A stretch of DNA of 50,960 bases, from assembly GCA_965370495.1 (NCBI GenBank), contig CBDUUV010000002.1, forward strand, positions 1-50,960. The letters run 5' to 3'. The stretch is from an uncultured bacterium (GTDB lineage: Bacteria > Krumholzibacteriota > Krumholzibacteriia > Krumholzibacteriales > Krumholzibacteriaceae). The position numbers and the translations under genes were made by a program. Position 1 is the stretch's first letter; each line of letters starts with the position of its first letter. A model generated the notes under the pieces. It worked only from the letters and a program-made list of their open reading frames with translations. It had not been told where the DNA came from and ran no database searches. Shown here piece after piece: positions 1 to 9,508 of this stretch.

Positions 1-2
1 CA

Positions 3-185
3 TGCAAAAAAGCAATTGAGAAAAAAGCACCTTTAAGAAAACTACTCGAACTCAAGGTGCGGGACAGGATCGCCAGGATGAGGAATGTCGATGAGGACAA
101 ACTCGAGATATTCGACCAGATGCAGGAAGAAATAAAAATACAGATAGCCGAAAGCTTTGTTGAAAACAGGGCGACCGAGGTTTAA
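3..185 (+). CDS. atpA: V/A-type ATP synthase subunit A, C-terminal fragment (5' end outside window)
   Basis: Frame 3 is open from the window edge to TAA at 183-185 (60 aa, ...RIARMRNVDEDKLEIFDQMQEEIKIQIAESFVENRATEV). It lies directly upstream of subunit B, matching the conserved A-B-D order. The call is mostly positional. Confidence 0.5.
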   Translation, partial: CKKAIEKKAPLRKLLELKVRDRIARMRNVDEDKLEIFDQMQEEIKIQIAESFVENRATEV

Positions 186-241
186 GCGCCGCCGCCCGGT
201 AACGGAAGCATTTACGCGAAAGAGGAAAGAGGGACGTCTTG

Positions 242-1705
242 ATGGTTACAGAATACACTACTATCGCAGAGATAGCCGGCCCGCTGGTGATGCTTAAGGA
301 TGTGGATCACGCGACTTACGAAGAACTGGTGGAGGTAGAGCTCCCCTCGGGCGAACAGCGCAGGGGAAAGGTTCTGGAGGTTAACCGTGACCGGGTCCTC
401 ATTCAGCTTTTCGAAGGGACCAGGAATGTGGACATCGCAAAGACGAAGGTCCGTTTCCTTGGCAGAAGCCTGGAACTGGCAGTATCTCCAGACATACTGG
501 GAAGAGTATTCAACGGTCTGGGAAGCCCGATCGATGACGGCCCGGAGATTATTCCTGACAAGATGCTCGATATCAACGGCAATCCGATTAACCCGTATGC
601 GCGGATATACCCACAGGAGTTCATTCAGACCGGGATATCGGCGATCGATGGTTTGAACACTCTTGTGCGCGGGCAGAAACTTCCGATCTTTTCCGGATTC
701 GGTCTTCCACATTCGGAACTTGCGGCCCAGATAGCCAGGCAGGCCTCGGTGCCCGGGTCCGAATCACAGTTCGCGATCGTCTTTGCCGCCATGGGCATCA
801 CTTTCGAAGAGGCGAACTATTTCATACGTGATTTTCAGGAAACAGGGGCGATGGAGAGGGTGGTCCTCTTTATCAACCTGGCAAACGACCCTACGATCGA
901 ACGAATAGCGACGCCGAGATCGGCCCTGACTGCCGCGGAGTACCTTGCCTTCGAACTCGGCATGCATGTACTCGTCATATTGACCGACCTTACGAACTAC
1001 TGTGAAGCGCTTCGCGAGGTCTCGGTAGCGCGCAAGGAGATCCCGGGCAGGCGTGGTTATCCCGGATACCTCTATACCGATCTTTCCACTATCTACGAGC
1101 GGGCAGGCCTGCTCAAGGGCGACAAGGAGGGGGAGGCCAGGGAAGGGTCCATCACCCAGATTCCCGTACTTTCAATGCCTGATGATGACAAGACGCATCC
1201 GATTCCCGACCTGACCGGGTATATCACGGAAGGCCAGATCATTCTGGACAGAAACCTTCACCGCAAGGGTATCTATCCGCCTATCAATGTGCTGCCGAGT
1301 CTGTCGAGACTCAGGGACAAGGGGATCGGCGAGGGCAGGACACGCGAAGATCATTCGAATCTTGCCAACCAGCTTTTTTCTTCATACGCGAGAAGCAAAG
1401 AGGTAGAGGAGCTCGCGGTTGTGCTGGGCGAGGCTGCTCTTACCGATACCGACAGGGCCTTCATGGCGTTCGGGCAGAAATTCGAAAACAAATTTGTGCG
1501 CCAGGCGCTCGATGAGAACAGGACGATAGAAGAAACATTGTCGATCGGCTGGGATCTGCTCAGCTGGATTCCAAGATCTGAGATCAAACGGATCAGTGAA
1601 GAGCATATAGACAAATACCTTCCGAAAAAAGACAGTGATGAAATAGCCGATGAAGGGGATACGGATCCTGGCACTGCTGCCGAAGATGCGGGTGCGGAGG
1701 AGTAG
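242..1705 (+). CDS. atpB: V/A-type ATP synthase subunit B (non-catalytic)
   Basis: 487 aa. N-terminus [18 protein letters not shown]. Blocks [22 protein letters not shown] and [23 protein letters not shown] are typical of V-type B subunits. The ORF track opens at TTG 239; I prefer the ATG at 242. It carries an unusual acidic C-terminal tail. Confidence 0.95.
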   Translation: MVTEYTTIAEIAGPLVMLKDVDHATYEELVEVELPSGEQRRGKVLEVNRDRVLIQLFEGTRNVDIAKTKVRFLGRSLELAVSPDILGRVFNGLGSPIDDGPEIIPDKMLDINGNPINPYARIYPQEFIQTGISAIDGLNTLVRGQKLPIFSGFGLPHSELAAQIARQASVPGSESQFAIVFAAMGITFEEANYFIRDFQETGAMERVVLFINLANDPTIERIATPRSALTAAEYLAFELGMHVLVILTDLTNYCEALREVSVARKEIPGRRGYPGYLYTDLSTIYERAGLLKGDKEGEAREGSITQIPVLSMPDDDKTHPIPDLTGYITEGQIILDRNLHRKGIYPPINVLPSLSRLRDKGIGEGRTREDHSNLANQLFSSYARSKEVEELAVVLGEAALTDTDRAFMAFGQKFENKFVRQALDENRTIEETLSIGWDLLSWIPRSEIKRISEEHIDKYLPKKDSDEIADEGDTDPGTAAEDAGAEE

Positions 1706-1707
1706 AG

Positions 1708-2340
1708 TTGAAGAGAAAAATCAATCCAAACAGGATGATGCTGCTCCGCCTCAAGAGGAGGCTCGAACTGGCTCAGAGAGGGCACAAGCTGCTTAAGAAC
1801 AAGCAGGAAAAATTGATGCAGAATTTCTTTGCTCTTATCAGGGAGACTACGGAACTGCGTAAAACAGTTGAAAAAGAGTTCCTCGATACAGGCATGCATT
1901 ACCTGGCCGGGAGATCGATGACCGACAGGCAATCCCTCGAGGATGCCCTTGCGTTGACTACGACTGTGGGGAGGCTTGAGATCGAAAGCAGGTACGAGAT
2001 GAGCATCGAGATCCCGGAATTCAGTTTCATCATTCCGGAAAAGGATCCCGCCTATAAGTTTTCGTCGACTTCACCGGAGCTTGACATTGCTTTTGAGAAA
2101 TTATTCAGGTATTTCCCTGACCTCATGAAACTCACGGGCAAGGAAAACGCCCTCTACAAGATGGCCGAAGAACTTGAGAAGACAAGGCGGCGCGTAAATG
2201 CCCTCGAGTATGTCCTGATACCTGATCTGGAGGAGACTATCAGGAATATCGAGAGTAAGCTCAGCGAAGCCGAGAGAAGTACCCAGACCCGCCTGATGAA
2301 GATCAAGGATATGGTACAGGCAAGAGATGCGGGTGTCTGA
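1708..2340 (+). CDS. atpD: V/A-type ATP synthase subunit D
   Basis: TTG start 5 nt after GGAGGAG (1696-1702). INPNRMMLLRLKRRLELAQRGHKLLKNKQEKL and RRVNALEYVLIPDLEETI are hallmarks of the V-type D (central stalk) subunit. Confidence 0.9.
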   Translation: MKRKINPNRMMLLRLKRRLELAQRGHKLLKNKQEKLMQNFFALIRETTELRKTVEKEFLDTGMHYLAGRSMTDRQSLEDALALTTTVGRLEIESRYEMSIEIPEFSFIIPEKDPAYKFSSTSPELDIAFEKLFRYFPDLMKLTGKENALYKMAEELEKTRRRVNALEYVLIPDLEETIRNIESKLSEAERSTQTRLMKIKDMVQARDAGV

Positions 2341-2491
2341 GGCACTGTTGATGCCCCCCCACGGCGGATACGCGCCCGGTTGTTCTGTATAGTATCGCGG
2401 CATCAGGGTGGCTGAGTGGGGGTCGATCCGGCCACCACGCGGAACGCTGCCTGGAACCGGTGTCATACCAGTTAAATATGGGAATAGCCGC

Positions 2492-2519
2492 TTGACACTG
2501 AAGAATTGTTTTGTATATT
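2492..2519 (+). promoter_or_regulatory. Putative sigma70-type promoter with no CDS behind it (TTGACA-N16-TATATT)
   Basis: TTGACA at 2492-2497, 16-nt spacer, TATATT at 2514-2519. No convincing ORF lies downstream before the next promoter at 2699. Confidence 0.4.
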
Positions 2520-2698
2520 GATATTGGCTTTGCTCCACAGGTTGAGCTGAAGAGTCCCCACCTGAGTTTTTATGATTCCCGCCAGATGAAAAATCGCCCT
2601 GGATTTCGGGTAATGATTCTTTTGTCCGGACGCGTCCCTGCCCTTACCCGGAAACATAAAAAGATCAGGTATTTTTTTTCGGTTGTCTGGCAATTTAT

Positions 2699-2727
2699 TT
2701 GACACAAAAAGTGCAGGCAACTATATT
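2699..2727 (+). promoter_or_regulatory. Putative sigma70-type promoter of the TonB-dependent transporter operon (TTGACA-N17-TATATT)
   Basis: TTGACA at 2699-2704, 17-nt spacer, TATATT at 2722-2727, about 125 nt upstream of the ATG at 2854. Confidence 0.5.
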
Positions 2728-2853
2728 ACCGGTGAGGAATAACGGAGAGATGAGATATAGAAAGAGATATCGGTTCTGCCGGCGTGCTCTTGATAAAAGC
2801 CGGACAGTAGGTTCTAGTTGGAATATATTTGAATCTGGCAAGGAGTGGTGCAC

Positions 2854-5800
2854 ATGAAAGGCCGATCGGGTTTTGCGTTTCTGATGATATTGCTGCCGGT
2901 CCTGGTCCTGTTTATCTGCAGTGCGGATGCCTTCGCGCAGTCCGGAAAGATATCGGGAAAAGTGACTGTGTCCGAATCAGGCATTCCCCTGCCTTATGCC
3001 AACGTTGTTCTGGTTGACACCAAGATGGGTGGGATGACGATGAAAGACGGTGCATTCACTATAACAAATGTTCCTGTTGGCACATATACTGTCATGGTCA
3101 TGATGATGGGGTACAAAACTGAAAAGAAATCCGGTGTCAGGGTCGACGCTGGACAAACGGCGAAAGTCGATTTCCAGCTCATCGAAAGGATAGTGGGAGA
3201 GACCGTCGAGATTGTCGTAGAAGCCGATGCGAAGATGATCGAAGTCAAGGACAGTGACGTAAAACACAAGGTTACCGGCAAAGAACTGCAGAATCTACCC
3301 GTTGACGATGTTGTCGAGGCCCTTGCCCTGAAGGGAGGGATTATCAAAACAGGTGACGACCTGCATGTCAGGGGCGGCCGCTCCGGCGAGGTTCAGTTTC
3401 AGATTGATGGGGTGCCTGTCGACGATCCGCTCGGCGGCGGCATGATTTCGGTCGGGATGCTCGGAACGGCCGACAGTGAGGTTATTACTGGAGGGATGGA
3501 TGCCGAGTACGGAAATGCCCAGTCAGCGATCGTACAGCTTCGTACAAGAGAAGGCGGAAAGACTTTCGAAGGTCAGATGAGATTCATGACAGATGATTTC
3601 GGTCGTAAGGATAAGACTTATACAAACTATGACAGGTTGAGCGCGGGTTTCGGCGGGCCTCTTCCGCTTAAAGGCCTGACTTTCTACGCATCCAGCGAAA
3701 TCTCTTTTACGGACGGGGAACACTGGATGATCAACGATAGAGAAGAACACTCTTTTCTCAACGATATATTCAAGTTTTCCGACAGAGCCAGACACTCTTA
3801 CAATTTTCAGGGAAAGCTTGCGTATACCGTCAAGCCGGGTATGAAGGTGCTTGCGGAAGCGATCTACGGGCATACTGTTAACAGGGGTTATTCACATAAC
3901 TGGAATATCGAAGGTTATGTACAGAAGGTGTACCGTTTCATGACCCTTCGCGCAAGCCGTGATTCCGGCGCTGATGACGCGAGGGCATTCGGACAGTATG
4001 TCAGTTTTTACCATGGTGACTGGATCACAAGGGAACTTCCCCGAGCGGTGTTCTATCCCGGGTCGCTGAAGGAAAGGCGCAGCTGTCTATATCCCATTGT
4101 GATATATTCCAAGGTGAGGGATCCGAACAATCCCGAGGCTAGGGCTTTTCTGATCCGTTACGAACAGTTCTACGCCTGTCTTGCCACCAATATATACGGT
4201 GAAGAAGTCGAAATAATATGGGATGAGGCGATCATAAACGAGGCCGGCATGGTGGAGAGATATGAATCGAAGTTGCTTTTCGAAGGTTTTCAGAACCCTG
4301 ACAGCGAGTTCAGCCATTTCAGGGATGACTCGAGCTATGTCTATTTCAACTCGGCAAACAGGACCACAACTACTACGAGTGACAATCTCCAGGTAAAGGT
4401 AGCGTTGAACCACAATATCACGGATGATCTTCTCTATTCGATCAACTTGAGCCGTATACAGTTCAAATCGTTTACATCGGTCGATGGAAAGGACCCGGAA
4501 GAATACCTGACAGCCGGATCTCCTGTCATTCTGCCGAGTGGCGCTTTCCAGTTCAGCGGTGTGAGTAACCAGGCTTATTATACCGACCCTGAGTATCCGT
4601 ATTTCCTGACGGCTTACGATTCGCCTTTCTTCGGCGACAGGGTCAGTACGACTTATCTGGCAAAGATTGATATTACCTCGCAGCAGTGGAAGAACCACAG
4701 GTTCAAGACGGGTATTCAGTTCATCTACAATGATCTCGATAACAAGACTATCAACTCTCCGGGAAACCTGCGCCCGCTCGTGGACGGTACGTACCAACAG
4801 GGGACAAGCGGTAATATCTTCCATAACTTCAACCCCGAAGCTTCCTACTATATCCAGGACAAGTGGGAGTATGAAGGTATGGTAGTAAACGGCGGCGTAA
4901 GAATAGATTATTTCTCTCCCGGGAACAACAACGAGATTCTGATCGTTAACAGCGAGATCGATCCGAACGTGGAGCAGCACAAATTCCAGATCAGCCCGCG
5001 CCTCGGGTTTGCCTTTCCGATCACTGACAGGGACAAGTTTCATTTTCACTACGGAAGGTTCACCCAGTGGCCGCAAAGAGCATACCTCTTCCAGTCCCAG
5101 GAACTTATCGGAGGCGCCGGTATTCTCGGCAACCCCGATCTTAACGAGGAGCTTACCGTGTCGTACCAGGCCGGTATATCTCACCAGTTCACGGAGGATA
5201 TTGCAGCCAATGTCGTCGTGTTCAACAAGGATATCTACGGATTGATTTCTTCAACCCGTGTAACGGATGAAGATGCCGGTATTACCGGATTCAGGTACAT
5301 TAACAGAACGTATGCCAGCTCCCGTGGATTCGAGCTTTCAGTAAGCAAACGAATGGGCAGTTATGTTGGCGGGGAGATCGCCTATACATACTCTTATGCT
5401 GATGGTGTGGCTTCCAATGCGAACTTTGGTATTACGGCGCAGGGACTGAGCCACCTTCCAACACAGGAAATGCCTCTTGACTGGGATCAGCGGCATACTC
5501 TCAACGTGACTCTCAGTCTTCGGGATTCGAACAAATGGGGCGCCACGATCGTATACATGTTTGGAAGCGGGCTTCCGTGGACGCCTTACGACCGTTTCGC
5601 CAGGCGCCAGGATCCGTTGGATGAGAATTCCAATCGCCTGAATAAAACTCATGTGATCAACCTTCAGGGAAGAAAGAAATTCAATATATACGGGCAGGAA
5701 CTGACCCTTTTCTTCGAGGGAAGAAATCTTCTCGACGAGGATGTTCTAATGCCTGGCGGAATCGCTCCGGGCGTTTTCCCCGGCATGAGGAATGCCAGGA

Positions 5801-5958
5801 TGGACGGGGGTTCCTATCTTACCGAGACAGGTCAGTTCGGTGGTGCCTACCTGCAGGATATAGATGAAGATGGACTCGACAATTTTATTGCTGTAAATGA
5901 TCCGACGATCTGGCAATCCCACAGGCGATGGATAATCGGATTTGGTTTTGAATTCTAG
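2854..5958 (+). CDS. Oar-like TonB-dependent outer-membrane transporter (N-terminal carboxypeptidase-regulatory-like domain, plug, large barrel)
   Basis: ATG at 2854 lies 8 nt after AAGGAG (2840-2845); the ORF track opens at GTG 2845. Signal peptide ...FICSADAFAQ. GKISGKVTVSESGIPLPYANVVLVDT...FTITNVPVGTYTVMVMMMGYK is a CarboxypepD_reg-like fold. TonB-box-like ETVEIVVEA at nt 3199-3225. Plug motif LHVRGGRSGEVQFQIDGVPVDDP. C-terminal beta-signal GFGFEF. Confidence 0.85.
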   Translation: MKGRSGFAFLMILLPVLVLFICSADAFAQSGKISGKVTVSESGIPLPYANVVLVDTKMGGMTMKDGAFTITNVPVGTYTVMVMMMGYKTEKKSGVRVDAGQTAKVDFQLIERIVGETVEIVVEADAKMIEVKDSDVKHKVTGKELQNLPVDDVVEALALKGGIIKTGDDLHVRGGRSGEVQFQIDGVPVDDPLGGGMISVGMLGTADSEVITGGMDAEYGNAQSAIVQLRTREGGKTFEGQMRFMTDDFGRKDKTYTNYDRLSAGFGGPLPLKGLTFYASSEISFTDGEHWMINDREEHSFLNDIFKFSDRARHSYNFQGKLAYTVKPGMKVLAEAIYGHTVNRGYSHNWNIEGYVQKVYRFMTLRASRDSGADDARAFGQYVSFYHGDWITRELPRAVFYPGSLKERRSCLYPIVIYSKVRDPNNPEARAFLIRYEQFYACLATNIYGEEVEIIWDEAIINEAGMVERYESKLLFEGFQNPDSEFSHFRDDSSYVYFNSANRTTTTTSDNLQVKVALNHNITDDLLYSINLSRIQFKSFTSVDGKDPEEYLTAGSPVILPSGAFQFSGVSNQAYYTDPEYPYFLTAYDSPFFGDRVSTTYLAKIDITSQQWKNHRFKTGIQFIYNDLDNKTINSPGNLRPLVDGTYQQGTSGNIFHNFNPEASYYIQDKWEYEGMVVNGGVRIDYFSPGNNNEILIVNSEIDPNVEQHKFQISPRLGFAFPITDRDKFHFHYGRFTQWPQRAYLFQSQELIGGAGILGNPDLNEELTVSYQAGISHQFTEDIAANVVVFNKDIYGLISSTRVTDEDAGITGFRYINRTYASSRGFELSVSKRMGSYVGGEIAYTYSYADGVASNANFGITAQGLSHLPTQEMPLDWDQRHTLNVTLSLRDSNKWGATIVYMFGSGLPWTPYDRFARRQDPLDENSNRLNKTHVINLQGRKKFNIYGQELTLFFEGRNLLDEDVLMPGGIAPGVFPGMRNARMDGGSYLTETGQFGGAYLQDIDEDGLDNFIAVNDPTIWQSHRRWIIGFGFEF

Positions 5959-5990
5959 ATCAAGTGAAGTACGGAGTGGAGGTTCTTAAG

Positions 5991-8492
5991 ATGCTACGCA
6001 AAGGGAGTCTTTGGTTGGTGATAATCTCACTGACGGTTTCCCTGTTTTGGTCTCCGGTGTCCGCCAGGGAAAATTCGGAGGACTGGGCCGAGAAACTCAA
6101 GGATATGGATCAGATCTGGGTTTTCGATGGAAGCGGAATCCATAACGTTGGTAACCTTCATATGCATGTCTGCAACTGGGGCTGTTTTGGTTCCTACCCC
6201 AGTTCCAACTGGCCTACTGCGGAATACCCTTCGGCCCAGTGGCCTGGCAACTCAAGTACAGAGTATCTGTACATCGCCGGGCTGTGGATAGGCGCGAAGA
6301 AAGGTGGTATACCCGTAGTGTCGACAGCGGCATACCAAATTGAATTCAGGCCCCCGGGTACAGAGGATATGGATGCCAAGATATACCATGCATACGAAGG
6401 AATACAGAATGGCAGCAGACTGCCGAGCCCGGACGATGATGACAAGGATGGTTTTTCGAACGAGGACTGGCAGAACGGTATTGATGATGACGGGGACGGA
6501 AAGGTCGATGAGGATTTCGGCGCGATCGGGAAACAGATGTTCACATGCTGGTTTACTGACGATCATCCCCAGGCTGTTGTGGCCAACCCTGAGCATACGC
6601 CTCTGCACCTTTTTGTGCGCCAGGAGAGCTATCAGTGGGAAGAGCCTCAGTTCTATGAATTTGTTGGTGTCGAATACAAGATCAAGAATTATGGAAGCGA
6701 TATAATCGAAGATCTCTATGTGGGTTTCTTTGCAGATGGGGATGCGGGACGCAGGGACCGCGAGCAGTACTGGACAGACGATTGTACCGGCCTTTTCGAA
6801 GGGATCCGTTGCGCGCAGAAGGGCGAAAACCAGGTGCCGATCAAGCTCAGTGTCGCCTATTTCTATGATAAGGATGGAGATGATGGTACGTGTACCGGGT
6901 ATTTCGGCATCATCTTTCTTGGACATGACATAGACCCTCTTGGAGAGAATGCTCCCAGGAAGGTCGGCCTCACTTCGTATCAGAATTTCTCGGGTGATCA
7001 GCCGTATGAGAATGGCGGTGACCCCACAAATGATTTTCAACGATACGAGCTTTTGAGTAAGACACAGAAAGACCGGAACGCGGAAGTGCCGAGGGATTAT
7101 CGTATGTTAATGTCAACAGGGCCGTTCAGGGAACTTGCCCCTGACAGCTCCATGATCCTCCAGGTAGCATTTGTATGTGGCGAGGGGCTTGAAGGTATGC
7201 TCAAGGCGGCTGCGAGCGCGTCGATGGCTTTCCAGGGCAACTGGTTTGATATCGATGGAAACCCGCAGACGGGTATCAACGGGAGGGAAACCCCTGTATA
7301 TGGCCCCGCAAACGGTATTGTTCCCGATTCGTGTGACACCGAAAACATGGAAATACTTTCAGCGGCAAGAGGAGAGATCATCTGGGTTAATAACGATTGC
7401 CACGAAGAGATCGAGCTCTGGGAAGATACAAGATGTCCGAAAGGGGACGCGGTATTCGCCGATTTTCAGACCGGGGTCAATGGTAAAGAGACACAGATAC
7501 ACTGGCTGGTCGGTTCAGCACCGCCACCTCCCAACATGAGGCTTATTCCCGGCGATAACAAGGTTGTTATTCTTTGGGATAATTTCAGTGAAGTAACTCC
7601 CGATGTCAGTACTCTCGAATTTGATTTCGAGGGATTCCGCATATGGAGGGCCGATGGTTGGGGCAGGCCACTGGGTACATCGGTTCTCAGCGGCCCCCCA
7701 AGGGAACTCTGGCAGCTTATCGAGGAGAGGGATATTGTCAACGGCGTCAGCCCGGACATCGATTTCCAGTTTCCGATATCAGAAATTCGGGATGATCTCA
7801 TCGGATGGCAGTACGAACCGCTTGTAAATCTTCCGAACAAAGCTGCGATTGTTGATATGTTTGAGGAAAGCGTATGGTATTTTCCTCTTGATACTGTTCC
7901 CTGCCCGCCGGGGCTGACGAATCTCGCATGCGACACCCTGGAGGCTCTTGCAAGGTACAATCTTGGTTTCGAGGGGGGCTTGCAGTATTACAAATATATT
8001 GATCGCAGCGTTCATAACGGGATGCATTATTTTTACAGTGTAACGGCGTTCGATCACCTCCTTTCGGGGGGAGTGCCGATAAGGCCCAACAAGTATGGTG
8101 ACCCGGCATCGAATTTCCAGTACACAAGGCCCATTTCCGATTCACAGGAAGCAGAAGAATATAGTACTGACGAAGTATTTGTAGTTCCAAACCCGGCTAC
8201 AGCCGAGACGATGGCGCCATGGAGGCTCGAGCCAAATATGGATGATCCTACAGGCATAAAGGTGGAATTCAGGAACCTGCCGGCGTGTGAGTCCAAGGTC
8301 AGGATCTTTACGCTGTCCGGAGACCTTGTCGAGGAACTTGATCATGATGGCTCAAGCGGTTCCGGTACGCTGGTCTGGGATCTTGTATCCAGAAATGGAC
8401 AGAATGTTACAAGTGGTGTATATATTTTCTCTGTCGAACCCACGGATAGTCGCTTCGATAGGGCGATAGGGAAATTTGTAGTAATAAGGTAA
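5991..8492 (+). CDS. Secreted protein of unknown function with a DxDxDG-type acidic cluster and a T9SS/FlgD-Ig-like C-terminal domain
   Basis: ATG at 5991 lies 8 nt after GGAGG; the ORF track opens at GTG 5964. Signal peptide LWLVIISLTVSLFWSPVSA. Acidic cluster PDDDDKDGFSNEDWQNGIDDDGDGKVDEDFG at nt 6432-6521. C-terminal ~105 aa (nt ~8172-8489): VFVVPNPA...VRIFTLSGDLVEEL...GTLVWDLVSRNGQNVTSGVYIFSV, the pattern of Por_Secre_tail / FlgD Ig-like domains. Confidence 0.8.
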   Translation: MLRKGSLWLVIISLTVSLFWSPVSARENSEDWAEKLKDMDQIWVFDGSGIHNVGNLHMHVCNWGCFGSYPSSNWPTAEYPSAQWPGNSSTEYLYIAGLWIGAKKGGIPVVSTAAYQIEFRPPGTEDMDAKIYHAYEGIQNGSRLPSPDDDDKDGFSNEDWQNGIDDDGDGKVDEDFGAIGKQMFTCWFTDDHPQAVVANPEHTPLHLFVRQESYQWEEPQFYEFVGVEYKIKNYGSDIIEDLYVGFFADGDAGRRDREQYWTDDCTGLFEGIRCAQKGENQVPIKLSVAYFYDKDGDDGTCTGYFGIIFLGHDIDPLGENAPRKVGLTSYQNFSGDQPYENGGDPTNDFQRYELLSKTQKDRNAEVPRDYRMLMSTGPFRELAPDSSMILQVAFVCGEGLEGMLKAAASASMAFQGNWFDIDGNPQTGINGRETPVYGPANGIVPDSCDTENMEILSAARGEIIWVNNDCHEEIELWEDTRCPKGDAVFADFQTGVNGKETQIHWLVGSAPPPPNMRLIPGDNKVVILWDNFSEVTPDVSTLEFDFEGFRIWRADGWGRPLGTSVLSGPPRELWQLIEERDIVNGVSPDIDFQFPISEIRDDLIGWQYEPLVNLPNKAAIVDMFEESVWYFPLDTVPCPPGLTNLACDTLEALARYNLGFEGGLQYYKYIDRSVHNGMHYFYSVTAFDHLLSGGVPIRPNKYGDPASNFQYTRPISDSQEAEEYSTDEVFVVPNPATAETMAPWRLEPNMDDPTGIKVEFRNLPACESKVRIFTLSGDLVEELDHDGSSGSGTLVWDLVSRNGQNVTSGVYIFSVEPTDSRFDRAIGKFVVIR

Positions 8493-8526
8493 TAATTTAA
8501 TGCATCTATTTCCAGGAGGTCTATTA

Positions 8527-9468
8527 ATGAAAAGCAGGGGGTTTGTCGGGTTTATGATCCTGATGATGGTACCCGTTATCGTTTTTGGCGGCACCAAGCC
8601 TTTCGAAAAGGTGGGGACATATTCCGCGCAGTTTCTCAAAATCGGTACGTCCGCGCGGGCCGCGGGCATGGGCAGCGCTTTTACAGCTGTTGCCGATGAT
8701 GCTACTGCCATATACTGGAACCCGGCGGGGCTGGTGGAAGTCTCCCGTACCCAGGTGACCTTGAATTCAACGACTTGGCCGGCAGATATCGACGTGTATT
8801 TTGTCGGTGCTGTCTTTACGACACCATATATTCCCGGCACCTTTGGTATCAGCGCCAGGGCGTTGACGATGGATCCGCAGATAGAACGAACCATATATAT
8901 GCCCGAGGGAACAAATCGGTTCTTTGACGCGGGTGATATGTCATTTGGACTTTCATATGCCAAGTATTTCACCGACAAGTTCTCTGCCGGTATTACGGGG
9001 CATTTTATCCATATGGCCCTGGCTGACAAGAGTGTCCAGGCCATAGTGGCTGATTTTGGTGTGATGTACAGGATCGGGATTCAGGGGATGAAGCTTGGTA
9101 TGATGTATCAGAGCCTTGGTGGCGAGGTCGATTTCGATGACCGTTCATCCAAGCTGCCGACTACGTTCAAGCTCGGTCTCAGCATGGATGCTTACAGGAG
9201 AGGGATGCATGCTCTTCTTGTTTCCGGTGAGTTTTCTCATCCTGCGGATAATGCTGAGAGGATGAATGTAGGTATGGAGTATGCTTTCAACCAGTTCTTC
9301 TATCTCAGAACCGGTTACAATATTAACTACGATGTACAGAAACTGGCCTGGGGTGTCGGCTTCAGGCTCGATACGAGCCAGACATCCGATCTGGGATTTG
9401 ATTATGCATGGGAGGATCTTGATTTTCTCGGATCAGTTCACCGAGTAACCCTTAACTTCAGTTACTGA
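8527..9468 (+). CDS. PorV/PorQ-family-like outer-membrane beta-barrel
   Basis: ATG at 8527 lies 8 nt after AGGAGG; the ORF track opens at 8500. It has a signal peptide, then FLKIGTSARAAGMGSAFTAVADDATAIYWNPAGL, which matches the N-terminal signature I associate with PorV/PorQ (FadL-like) barrels. Alternating beta pattern throughout, with a terminal aromatic (..NFSY). Confidence 0.65.
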   Translation: MKSRGFVGFMILMMVPVIVFGGTKPFEKVGTYSAQFLKIGTSARAAGMGSAFTAVADDATAIYWNPAGLVEVSRTQVTLNSTTWPADIDVYFVGAVFTTPYIPGTFGISARALTMDPQIERTIYMPEGTNRFFDAGDMSFGLSYAKYFTDKFSAGITGHFIHMALADKSVQAIVADFGVMYRIGIQGMKLGMMYQSLGGEVDFDDRSSKLPTTFKLGLSMDAYRRGMHALLVSGEFSHPADNAERMNVGMEYAFNQFFYLRTGYNINYDVQKLAWGVGFRLDTSQTSDLGFDYAWEDLDFLGSVHRVTLNFSY

Positions 9469-9508
9469 GGGGGTGATTGGGGGGTAATACGGTTCCCCTC
9501 TTGCTGAT

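Noticed and set aside
2395-2455. tRNA-like look of GGGGGTCGATCCGGCCACCA (T-loop-like TCGATCC followed by CCA).
   Set aside because: I could not build a T-stem, acceptor stem or anticodon arm around it. Only a simple GGTGGC/GCCACC hairpin fits.
2511-2702. 63-aa ORF (MYIDIGFAPQ...) in the atpD-transporter intergenic gap.
   Set aside because: Its ATG lies inside the -10 region of the promoter that would have to transcribe it. It has no RBS and an odd composition. The region is better explained as non-coding RNA or leader.
4087-5184. 365-aa antisense ORF inside the TonB-dependent transporter gene. Similar long antisense ORFs lie at 6252-7040, 8352-9044, 33981-34766, 37011-37694, 39103-39831, 39795-40472 and 40742-41473.
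   Set aside because: Each lies fully inside a sense gene whose product has unmistakable family motifs (TBDT, RodA, Lgt/ComF, GAPDH, PGK). Their translations are Arg/Ser/Pro/Ile-rich low-complexity strings with no recognisable motifs and no RBS. Long antisense frames are expected by chance opposite codon-biased genes.
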